A DNA stretch of 63,602 bases, filler included, from Rhabdomonas costata (Eukaryota): the NCBI GenBank assembly GCA_019059605.1. It is 31 parts of 31 records of this genome, joined end to end, with 100 filler letters (N's around TTAATTAATTAA, not from the genome) between each part and the next. Parts side by side here need not be neighbours in the genome. Positions count along the whole stretch, not along the records: positions 51,385 to 53,334 come from JAHMHO010007018.1; positions 53,435 to 55,383 come from JAHMHO010007019.1; positions 55,484 to 57,438 come from JAHMHO010007020.1; positions 57,539 to 59,493 come from JAHMHO010007021.1; positions 59,594 to 61,548 come from JAHMHO010007022.1; positions 61,649 to 63,602 come from JAHMHO010007023.1; 25 more parts are not named here. One strand, 5' to 3'. The position numbers were made by a program, and so were the translations under genes. Every line of letters starts with the position of its first letter. Within the stretch, counting starts at the first letter, position 1. This document shows, in pieces, positions 51,811 to 62,633 of the stretch. The notes below the pieces were generated by a model. It was not told the origin of the DNA. It searched no databases and saw only the letters and a program-made list of their open reading frames with translations.

Positions 51811-53306
51811 TCAGAGTTTCGCTGCCCGTGCTCCAGAGACCTGTCTCATCCGGGCGTGAAGCATTTGGCCCAAGTCCCACCCCCGCTGGAAGCACCGCTG
51901 CAGGTCCGCTTCGCGGGGGACGTACCGCACCTCCACAGGGTCCACCTTGGGCACTTCCGCACCCATATCCGACAGAGCCTTTTCCAGCTGCGGCACAACT
52001 CCAGCGGCCCAACTGAGGGAGAAGCCGTGGTGGGGAGGGAAGCCTAAGTCCAAAGAGCTTCGGTCAACGAGTGACGTTCACAGAAGACAGCGCAAGTTAA
52101 AATAAAATAGAAGGTGGTGCAATGGCAACGCTTGATGCCCACACCGTGCCCAGGCCGCTCCAACTCATTTCGTGCCCGCTTGTGGAAGAGCGAGCGGGTG
52201 TTGGAATTTTTGTGACGTTTTGTCGCCTCTGTAGCTAACCTTTCGGTATTGCGTTTCAACCGGAAAGAAGCACTCTGAGGAGGCCTGCTCTCGGAACCCC
52301 AGACCCACTCTCTTTGACTTCCAGCGCACCCGTAGCTCCCGAAGGCTGCCCCAAGGAAGCCCTTCCGCCGCAGTCCCTGGAGGTACCCCAGGGTGTCCAG
52401 CAGGGCGGGCAAGGCGCGCCCGTTGAGTGTTGGGGAGCCCACCACCAGCAGCCCCGCATCCAGCAGTTCCGTGGCCACCACACTGCGGTGCGACGCCCCC
52501 TGCCGCAGTAGCTGCACCCTAACCTGCGTGTGTGTGTGTGTGCATGAGGCGCTAGCCGGGCCGTCTCAGGTGTGTAACATGTATATGGCCAGAATATGCT
52601 TGCTGTGTGGCGCACAATAAGGTCTGGTGCACATGCTCATTAGAAGACAGAGGACAGAGGTGTGCAGGAAAGGTGTCGACTCTTAGGGTACGGAGGTTGG
52701 GTAAACAGTGGAATTAAGAGGAATTAAAGGCTGCACCAGCGCACTTTTCATTTAAACGATTTGCTTTTGCTTTCCCCAAAGCTGTCCAAGAAGAAGCAGA
52801 TTACCCCGACTCTCTTTTTGAATCCGGTAAAGAGGATGAGTCGACAGAAAGGGGAAGACACCCCAGCAGAAATCAGCCCCTCCGCCAGAGCCTGTGCCAT
52901 GCTCTCCACGCTGCCCCACATTGTGTCGTACAGCACAACGGCTCTGAGGGAGGGCCTCTGTGCTGCCCACCGCAGCGTGGCAGCGACAATCCATTCCCTG
53001 AGCAGATGCGGGAAATGAGAGCATCAGAAGTTCAAGAGTAAAACCCAAACAAAAGAAATCCTGCAAGCGCAAATAGGAACCTGAGGGTAGCAGGGTTAGC
53101 AAGCAGCAAATTATACAAATCAGATCATAAATTAGAGAAACGCCAACCAGAGGCACAGAGGCAGAATCTCCAGTTCTCCAGATCAAGTTCCTCCCAAACA
53201 AAATGCAGACACACTTGTGCTCTCTCCACAGTGGCCCGTGGTCCGGGGCTATGATCTCTACGGCCTTGAGGAGCTCTGCCGACCGTTTCGCTACTCGCTC
53301 AATGAC
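51811..53306 (-). CDS. Flavodiiron protein (FprA/A-type flavoprotein; O2/NO reductase), C-terminal half with 3 introns
   Basis: Exons 53306-53215, 52997-52862, 52523-52330 and 52012-51811: IIAPDHGPLWR...VVLYDTMWGSVESMAQALAEG...VVGSPTLN...GAAFGSYG|WAAG...GWDLG...*. This covers the end of the beta-lactamase domain and the full flavodoxin domain. Confidence 0.95.
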
Positions 53307-53434
53307 CTATGGTTACGCCACAACAGAATTCGCANNNNNNNNNNNNNNNNNNNNNNNNNNNNNNNNNNNNNNNNNNNNTTAATTAATTAANNNNNNNNNN
53401 NNNNNNNNNNNNNNNNNNNNNNNNNNNNNNNNNN

Positions 53435-54005
53435 TTGTGGGTTGATTTTTATCCGTTCAATGCAATCAAGATCATAGATTCGTATCCATTACCTCGCATT
53501 GATGAAATGATTTATTACGCTGGTAAGGCTAAAGTGTTTTCGAGGTTATATTTGCATGCAGGTTTTCATCAGATTCGTATTCATCCTGAGCATGTGGAGC
53601 GTACAGCATTTACGACGAAGTACGGCAAGTTTCAGTTTTTGGTGATGCCGCGTTTGTTGTGCAATGCGCCAGCGACGTTCCACAGGACGATGGACTTCAT
53701 TCTGGAGGATCTGAGAGAAACGACTGGAGCATATGTGTATGACATCTTGGTGCACACTTACACCATGGCGAAGCATGCTGAAGCGTTGAGAGTGTTGTAT
53801 AGTATATTGCGGAATGAGAAGCTGTTTGCTAATCCCTAGAAGTGTGTGTTTGGTCAGCCAGAAGTGTAGTACTGTTGGTTCATTGTGTGGAGAGATGGAA
53901 TAAGGCCACATCCGAGGAATTTGATGGCGATTTATAAATGGCCAACGTTGAGGAACCCAGTGGATGTGAAGAGCTTTCTTGGTCTTTGTGTGTTTACCTT
54001 GAGTC
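53435..54005 (+). mobile_element. Ty3/Gypsy LTR retrotransposon RT, inactivated
   Basis: DSYPLPRIDE...GFHQIR...TAFTTKYG.FQF.VMP..LCNAPATF. The catalytic YxDD is mutated to YVYD, and in-frame stops follow at 53837 and beyond. Confidence 0.93.
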
Positions 54006-54465
54006 ATTCAGCTCGCTGAAGATGATTGGAGTCTGCAAGTCCTATCCCCATTCCCCCTTTGCGGCGGTGTTTCCGACAGGAAAAACCTGTGTGTGTGTTA
54101 ATGTGTTGGTTTGTGTTTGTGTGTGTGTGTGTGTCTGCGGGATGACCCCGGCAATGGTCGTTACCCCTACTTGTGCTGTAAGATCTTTCGAAGGACGGCG
54201 TGTGGGCATCAAGAGAAGCAACGATCCACCCTGTTTATTGCTCGTCGACAAGAAGGGCTCCTAAACGATTCGTATGGTAAACGCAAAGAGCATAAGAAGC
54301 TCTTCGTTGAGATTGGGTTGGATGCTGCGCAGTCCTGCAGAGTCATTGCCCGTTCTTCATGCTCGTGCGTGTGCGCACAGACCCACGCGCTGCTCCGCCG
54401 TACTCCACGTGGGGTGCTGCCCCCGACTCTGATAGTGCCCATGGGAGTCCCCCCGAGCCTTCCAG

Positions 54466-55365
54466 GGACGGCGCCAGGCAGCACCGGAGGGGCGTGCTTG
54501 GAGGCCAGCGACCTGGCGGAGCTGCTGCGCACTCCATGGAAGGAGCCGCCGCCCACTGTTGGGGTGCTGGCTCAGGTTCCAGAGGGCCCTCTAGAGGTCG
54601 AGCAAGAGCCTCTCCGCCCTCACCTTCGCTTCTGTGGGGTTTATGTAGTTCGTAGCTCGCTAAAGCCCGATCCAAAGCTGCTCACACTCACCTGTGAATG
54701 TTGAGGCACGTAGGAAAAGAACGTGCGTGGAGTTTACGTCAGCGTAACGGTGTGCGTTGGTTTTGACTCCCTTACATCCCTTCCTTGGTGCATTAACAGT
54801 ACGCGGGCTGTGGTCGCGTCTCTCGCGTGCCCAATGCGTAGTCTTCAGGAAGGACTGGTTTGTGACCTCGGTTGGCTCTCAAGTGGCTGTTTACTTTGCT
54901 GACGCGTGAAAGTGCAAATACAGAGGGTCGCTGGCAGGTCCGGGTCTCACATCTCACCTGCAGGACAACATTTTACATTTTTGCATACTATAGCATCACG
55001 AATCACAAATCCATGTACCGAATTGAATCCTTCAGATCATGATGAATCACCTCAACTCAAAGACCACCCACCCATACGCACACACACACCTCTTGAACAC
55101 CATTTCTTGCAGGTGGAATGGATCGATGAGCTTCCTGCGCCCATCCCCACCTCGGTTTTGGTCGTCGACCTACGGCCGGGTCCGCGCTACCGAGTCTGCC
55201 ACCTTGCCCACAGTCTGAGCCTCCCGTTCAGCCCGGTGTGCGACCGCCAGGCCTACAGCCGCCGCCTGCTCGCCCTGGTCCATGCCGTGAAGCACGGCCG
55301 GGTTGTGGCTGTATTTGCCCCCGTATGTGCCGCGGAGCTCCTGCTGGCGGGCTATTCCACCACAA
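54466..55365 (+). CDS. Rhodanese-domain protein (TBCK/TBC1D23-like C-terminus)
   Basis: Exons 54466-54575 and 55113-~55365 join in phase: LEASDLAELL...VLVVDLRP..RY...HL.HSLSLPF...GRVVAV. Confidence 0.55.
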
Positions 55366-55483
55366 ACCAACCACACCCAACACNNNNNNNNNNNNNNNNN
55401 NNNNNNNNNNNNNNNNNNNNNNNNNNNTTAATTAATTAANNNNNNNNNNNNNNNNNNNNNNNNNNNNNNNNNNNNNNNNNNNN

Positions 55484-56795
55484 CACCAGCCTCAGGCTGA
55501 CCCACATGGGCTGCGAGGGCGCCTCGTGGGTCGGCGAGGCCCCCTTCACAACCGCCCTCACATGTTCCAGGCACACCCACCCATCCAACACACACACGCT
55601 GTTACTTTCTCTCTCTTTTCAACCACAGCAATGGTCACCAATAGTTCTTGCATTACACCACATATACATATTGCACGCTCTGTGGGGGTCAGACTGACCC
55701 GAGCAAGTCCAGAGTCCATGGCTTCCGTGGTGCCCTCCGTGTCCGAGGGCGAGGGTCCGACAGCAGGGATTATTGCCAAGTGCCACACCCGAGATTATTG
55801 CCAAGTGCCACACTCCGGGGACTGAGCAGACAGACGCAGTTCTCAAGCACAGCAGACTGCGGACTGCCACTCTATCCACGCACACAGAGTGAGGTTTCTT
55901 CGCTTAGCGGGACGGTGCCGCACACAATTTGCTGCTTGCGAGGAAATTCGAGAACGTTTCGCTCCTTCCATTCCTTGCACCCCTCAAACCTAAGGGAAGA
56001 GAATGAGAAGAGCTTGGTCAGATTGCCTGTGCGTGTGGCAATGGGTTGGCATCCTTTCTCCAGGTTCCTCTCTCAAGTGGCTCACCTGGCTCCTTTTCAT
56101 TTAGCTTTGCACGGTATTAGTTTCTGGTGGGGCGGGGGGCGTGCCCCAGAACATGGGAGATGGCACGTACTTTCACTCCGGCGTGCTGGCGATCCGCCAC
56201 GCTATTGCCACCAACACCACAATGACGTACAAGCTGCTGTTTAACAATGCCGTCGCCCTCACTGGTGCTGTGCGATGTCATAGTGCGTGCGCGCATGGGA
56301 GCTGTCGCTGCCGAGTTGTGGGGAGCGAAGACAGACACAAAGGAGACTCTGTCAAAGGGCGGTGCTGCGCGGCTTGGTGAGTGGGGCGTGTATTAAACGT
56401 TTGATGGCTTCTGTGCCTTGAACTGTTCTTGTGGTTTACCCGCTGCCAATTATTATCGACACACAGCTTGGCATCGGCGAAGCAGTCTCGAGAAGTTTGA
56501 TGTCCATGTCAGCTTACGTGGCAATGAAACGTCACGCGGCCTTGTCACTGACAATTTTTTGGGGTTTCCACCGCTTGCTTGCTTTGTAAGGCTATCATTG
56601 GAATCCGCGGTTTCTGCACTTCAACGGTTACCTGCACAGCAAGATTAAAACAAAAAAGGTGGCCAGCCCTTCGACGGCCCGCTGACGGTGCAGCAGCTGG
56701 CGGCTCAGGTCTACGCCGAGGGCGTCGCCAAGCTTGTCGTGGTCACCGCGAACATGGAGCAGCATAAGGGATCCGCCTGGCCACCCAACACAGAG
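55484..56795 (+). CDS. Indolepyruvate:ferredoxin oxidoreductase (fused bacterial-type IOR), TPP-binding region with introns
   Basis: Exons ~55484-55570, 56150-56264 and 56659-56795: THMGCEGASWVGEAPFT..PHMFQ|NMGDGTYFHSGVLAIRHAIA....TYKLLFNNAVALTG|GQP.DG..TVQQLAAQVYAEGV. A one-base frameshift is needed near 55550. Confidence 0.92.
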
Positions 56796-58299
56796 GTCAT
56801 TCCCACACCACCACCTTTCTGGGCTGGAGTGAGCGGAAGGGGGTGTTCCCCACCTGCATTGCTACCTTCCTGCAATGCTGGCGACCTTCCCTCTCATCTT
56901 TCCAATGCCTTGAAGAGTGTCCTCCTCGTTATCTCTTCTCTCCTCCCTTTCCCTGTGCCGTCGGCTTCTGAACAACCCATCCTCAACCTCAGGACGAAAT
57001 CACATCAAAAACCTCATAATGTTTTCTCGATTGAAAACTGAAGAATAAACAAGGGCTAAGCCGAAGCAGGCCTGCAGTCTTTTGTTTTTTAAAGCAGGCT
57101 TCCTGAAAAGCGCTGGTTGACCCGTCCTTGGGGTCATCGGCTGAGACGTTTCCTGACCTTTCCCCCTCCGCCGGTAGTGGAGCCCCTTGGCGGCTCCTTC
57201 ATTCCCTTTTGCACTGTTTCTTCTGCCCCAGGCAGTGGAGGGTTTTTTATGACAGCACCCACAACGTATTTGCAAAAAACTCATTATCAGGGGATGCGGG
57301 CCTTCTGCCTCAGTTGTCCGTATCAGACGTAGTCATGTCCGATGCTCAGCAACGCGAAGAAAGCGATTCGGGAAGGACACTAATGAATAGAGACAAAAAC
57401 GCAAGCCAAAGCAGAGCCAGAGACAGCAAACAAACCACNNNNNNNNNNNNNNNNNNNNNNNNNNNNNNNNNNNNNNNNNNNNTTAATTAATTAANNNNNN
57501 NNNNNNNNNNNNNNNNNNNNNNNNNNNNNNNNNNNNNNTTTTGTGGTGGCTGTTCTTTCGTTGCTCGCGAGGCGAGGCGAAAAAGAACAAAAGGGAACAT
57601 CATCAGTGAAACAAACCGAAAAAATGATTACACTCAGTAACGATAACTACGGCTCCAAGTGTGCGATTAGCGCAGAAGGAGAGCCACCAACCCTCCGCAC
57701 CTTGGTGCGGTGCATGTCCTGCTTTCTCGCAGTAGTGGCCTCCATAGTCTCTCCGGTATTCCCTGATCTGCGTGCAGCGCGGGAGTTCTTGCTGTGGGTG
57801 CCTCGCTCCTTCCAGTTCCGGCTGGACTTGTTCGCGGGCATTTTCTCTCTCTCCAAAAATGGAAGAATGGAAAGAACGCCGACGACGAGAGCTCTTCGAA
57901 GTATCCCCCCAACAACAAGAAGAGGCTTGAACACTGACAAAAAGAGAGCGAAACTCCCAAACGACAAGCCAATGAACAACGGCTGGGACACAGAACAGGG
58001 AAATTGCAAGCCTGAAAGCCTGAAGAAGAAGGCAGTTGAGACCAAAGAAACAGCTTTCTGTTAGACCGTCAGCTGGTGGAGGCAAGCAAGCAAAAGCGAC
58101 GAGAGCCTATTTCATTGCCATTGAAAGGATAGAATGATGCACCAACCATGCCAGTGCCTCAATGAGCCAGTGAATCAGAGTATCGCTGGCACGATGACAG
58201 CGTCGCCACGTAGTGACCCATGACACTGCAAACTAACCGCCTCGAATCCACACAAAACTGGACGAAGGTGTCAAACGGAAGCCACACTGGCTGCAGTCA

Positions 58300-59306
58300 T
58301 TACCCCGCTTCGGCTCGGGCCCCGCAGTCCGCCATTGCGGTGCTCACCCTCTGAGTCACAGGGTCGGCGCAGACGGCGACCGAGGCGGAGACGTCAATGG
58401 CCTCTAGCCGCACCCCGGCCTCGCGGTAGTGCCTCAGAATGGGCTCCGCCTGTCCGTGGTACGCCGCCACCCGCCGTGCGATGACCTCGGGCTGGTCGTC
58501 GGGGCGTTGGGTGAGCTCCCCACCACAGGCGTCACATACTCCTATTACCGGATTGTAAAGCAGGTTTCATCATAAAGCAGAAAGTCCAGCATTTGAAAGT
58601 CATTGCGAAAAATTTTCATATCGGAATTCACTGCGCACTTATTTTGGGAGGTGTTGCCTGCTTATGTTCACCACCATTACAGCATCCAATTACTATAAAG
58701 GGGCGATAGAAAGCTGCCCGATGGATTCATCCATCCAAAATTGCAAGGAACCGGAAATTATGAAAAGGATATTATGAACAACGAAAAGTATTGGCGCAGC
58801 GAGAAAGAGATGGCAAGGACGCTGCCAAACCATAAATCAGGTCTCGTGCAACCAGTTAAACACACAGGGCACTTTGCTGTCTAGACCGAAATTGTTCACT
58901 GTCCTGCGATCGCCACGATTTGAAAGAGAAACGAGAGGCAAAATAAACAAACATAGCATAAACGCAGGCCATGTGAACATGACGGGCCGGCCAATTTTTA
59001 AAATACAATTGGTCTCGTCGTTGGTCTGCGGATGTCTTGCGAACATATGCATATACCGGGAACTTTTGGAGGCATCGCAGGCATGTTGACACCGGGCTCC
59101 ACTATGGTGACCAAGTTGAAGCCATGCCCACAGCTCCGACAGATTCTCCGCCCGGCCATCTTACCAACCAGGTGCTCATCCTTGAGCTGCAGCTCCAGCA
59201 CATAGTCCACCGCACTGCTGCCGCCACCGCCATTGCAACCACCAAGCAGCCCTTGGGCACTGGCAAGCGTGTCCCGCAAAGCGGTCTCCAGCAAGGCGAT
59301 CTGCTC
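58300..59306 (-). CDS. Adenylate kinase, long LID type with Cys4 zinc site, C-terminal exons
   Basis: Exons 59306-59057 and 58541-58300: GRRICRSCG..FN......MPPKVPG|VCDACGGELTQRPDDQPEVIARRV..YH.QAEPIL.HY...*. Confidence 0.92.
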
Positions 59307-59759
59307 CTGAATTTCCCACAAGGGGTGTATTGAGAGGGTAGCAATGCTCTTTAATTATCTTTTAGACAAAACATGCGCAGATCAGAAACGAAACGCTGGG
59401 GGATGGGGGGCGGGGGGACCGAATCTCGACGGAAGGAATGATGCTTGTCCACAAGTCTCCTGAAGGGCTGAAGGGAGGGAAGGATACATGGAANNNNNNN
59501 NNNNNNNNNNNNNNNNNNNNNNNNNNNNNNNNNNNNNTTAATTAATTAANNNNNNNNNNNNNNNNNNNNNNNNNNNNNNNNNNNNNNNNNNNNGGGACAG
59601 CTTCCCACACGGCGGGATCTAGCAGGGTCTCCGAGGCCAGCAAGCTGACCTCCGTGAAGGGCACGTACCTCAACACCACCTCTGCTGTGAAGAGTACCGG
59701 AGGGGGGTATCATCCTTAAAATAAAGACGGCCGCTTCGGTTGTCGAAAGAGACATCCGC

Positions 59760-61347
59760 ATCAATAATACCAATCTTGTTCTTGATGGTTTCACATTGAA
59801 AAAGCCAATTGGGGGGGGGGGGTAACCACAGGAGCTTGACACCACTGTTGTACACACCAGCTGCTGAGATGTTGTCCAGGGCCACCTTCAGCCCAAGGCC
59901 GCCCTCCGGGTCCTCCCAGAAAAGCGTAACATTCCGGAGAGCCAGCTCCGCCGCCAGGCTAGCGTTCAGGATGGCCCAGTCCTGGGTGGGGTTGTGGTGC
60001 AGGGGAAGCTGCCCACACCCCACGACACTGAGGTTGAGCGCGAGCATCGCAGAGGAGGTGATGGGGTCCATCACCAGCGGCTGCGTCAGGGTACCACGGG
60101 CCACCGGAATGAGGAGTTCGGCCGACAGGGAGGCCGAGAGCACAGGAAGAGAAATCGTGTCTACCGCGAACCCTGATGTGATTTGGGATGACAAACATAC
60201 ACTCATACACTATCGCCGTTTGCGGCAGAAAACAAGAAAGAAAAAAGGTGGGCGTCACAACAAAAGCAGTACCTTCACATGGAGAGAGAATCTCTGCTGC
60301 AGAAAAGGGGAGTCTACAAACAAACGAAAAACAGTGAAGAGGATGCGGATCACAGTCAGGCGTTTGGCGTGGAGTGAGAAGAAGAGACAATAACATGGAG
60401 AAGATCGCCGATGCTAGTGCCGGCGAAAGAAAAAGTGAGGAAAATCACACAAACAACTAGAGGCCGAATCCGAAGCAGCAGAGGTCTTTTCTATGTGCAA
60501 TGGGTCTCGAAACTCTGCATGGCCCGTAATTTCAACCTCACGCTGGTACGAACCCGCGCACCTTGACCACAGCACCCACAACGTAATTACAGAACCCTCT
60601 GTGAAACACGGAATCTACAACACCGGTGAGAAAGATCTCCTTTTGGAAGTCCTCGCAAGGTGCCGTACGTATCACTATTACAGCAGCCTTGCAGTGCTGC
60701 AGAAATCTCCCCAGAAAGCGGGCAGCAAGCTCCTTCACACTGACCAACAACTCCGCGTATTCGAATGTGCACAACCCCTCATCACCGGGCATCACCACCC
60801 CTCAATGCGATCATCCTATTCCCATCCCCATCTGCCAGACCTGTGCCTGGGCACTGCAGGGTGGTGGTGATGACCACCGCAGCGGATAGCAGCACCGGGG
60901 CGACCTGGACCTCAAGCAGCGCGGTCGAATTGGAGGGGAAGGCCACCTGAAAGGTGGCCAGGCCGCCCGCCAAGGGATCCAAACTGCAGTTCCACGCGGA
61001 GGAGCAACTCAACTGCACCTCTCCGGGAAAATCTGTTTTAGGAAGACAAGAAAGGTGGAAAAGGGAGAAGCTTCTTCCATGCGGTGGAGACTAGCTACCG
61101 TTTACCATTTCATTTTCAAGAGAACCATCCTTATATGCTTCATATGCGACCGTGTATCTCTGCAACAAGTGCCACTGTCCGCAAGCACGAACCCGTGCAG
61201 TCACACCAGACAAAGCAAACAACTGGGCCACGCAGGGCTCCAAGACAGCGTCAGGGATGCTGTACTCCACCCGCAGCGCAAACGCAACCCCGCCGCGAAC
61301 TTCAGAGCCGTTCGGCCGGAGCGTCACGCCTCCCGATGCCACGACCT
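59760..61347 (-). CDS. Multi-exon unidentified protein, possibly surface or secreted and beta-rich
   Basis: Three GC-rich coding-like blocks (~61347-61235, ~61035-60850, ~60175-59760) with several NxS/T sequons. No family recognised, and boundaries are approximate. Confidence 0.35.
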
Positions 61348-61648
61348 TGCGAAGAGCACATAGGACGATGACAAGGCACCACAGTAGAGAACATGGGGAC
61401 ATCCCAGACATCCATCAATACGCAGGCAGAAACTACTGATACAGCAGGGCCAAAAAGCCAACCAACCAAACCGGCAGTGTTCTTGCTCGAACCCATTGGA
61501 TGTGTTTGGCAAGGGTTCTCTCACTCTTAGCACTGAGGACAACCAAGCNNNNNNNNNNNNNNNNNNNNNNNNNNNNNNNNNNNNNNNNNNNNTTAATTAA
61601 TTAANNNNNNNNNNNNNNNNNNNNNNNNNNNNNNNNNNNNNNNNNNNN

Positions 61649-62633
61649 GTCTTTTGTTCAAAGAGGTGAGATTAGGGAAAAACGTCGACGCAGCAAGTGC
61701 TTGCAACCCTGACGATCCTATTCCGTTCCGGCACACATCCAAGAACGTGAGGTCGGGAAAGAAATGTGAGGAGGCGAGCATCTGCAATCCCTCTGATCCG
61801 ATGCGATTGCGGCCTAATTCCAGTGACGCGAGCTCGGGAAAAAAGGAAGAAGTAGCAAACGCTTCGACTCCCGCAGCCCCGATCTCATTATGGCATAAAT
61901 TTAAGCACTGGAGGTTGGTGAAGAAGGAGGAAGCTGCCAGAGCCTGTATTCCTGCATCCCCGACAATGTCAAAGCCAGCATTCACGACTGTGAGGTTTGG
62001 AAACAAAGGTGATGCCATCAGCGCACCCAGCCCAACTTGTCCGATCCTGTTACCGGCAATGTGAAGAGACTTAAGCTCGGAGAAAAACGGTGAGGATGAG
62101 AACGCTTGCATACCGGCAGCCTCAATCTGGTTGTCGCTTGCATTGAGAGTCGTCAATTTGGGGAGAAAGCAGGATGCAGCAAGCGCTCGCATTCCGGAAG
62201 ACCCAATCTCACTCTGTCGCACATCTAAGGATGTGAGTTTCGTGAAGAGCGAAGAGGCCATAAGCGTCTGCATTCCCGAAACTCCAAATGCTGAAAAGCT
62301 CACTATCAAAGACGTGAGGTTGGGGAAGAGAGAAACATTGGATCCAACAACCACTTCTGCAGCACCAATCCGACCCAAGAGCTCCAGGTCCTCCTTTTCT
62401 TTAATCGAGAGCTCCCCAGCGGAGCAAACCAGCCAGACAGCCTCGCGAACACGTTCCATGCTGAAAGAATCTCGGAGGGACCTCGAAAATCGAGGGGTTG
62501 CCTTCCATTCCAGGACGAGACATTCATCAACAATGCGTCGAAACCGCCGGCAGACTAGCCGAAGGGTCAGATGCAGCTCCATCCGAAGGAACCGAAAGCA
62601 ACAAACCAATGCGTCCTCAGAAAGCGCGGACAT
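61649..62633 (-). CDS. F-box plus RI-like leucine-rich repeat protein, intronless, 3'-truncated
   Basis: N-terminal LSEDALVCCFRFL.......LRLVCRRFRRIV (F-box), followed by about 8 repeats of 28 aa of the form FPxLTxLxxxxNxIGxxGxxALAxSxF. Confidence 0.9.

Noticed and set aside
54085-54135. (GT)n tracts here and at ~13500, ~15820 and ~52530 giving VCVC ORFs
   Set aside because: They are ordinary microsatellites.
55768-55813. Direct repeat GATTATTGCCAAGTGCCACAC x2 as a mini-CRISPR
   Set aside because: There are only two copies with a 4-nt gap inside an intron, so it is a simple tandem duplication.
51385-59493. Apparent cluster of FDP, rhodanese protein, IOR and adenylate kinase as an operon or island
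   Set aside because: Each gene is on a separate contig, and the order appears to reflect size sorting rather than linkage.
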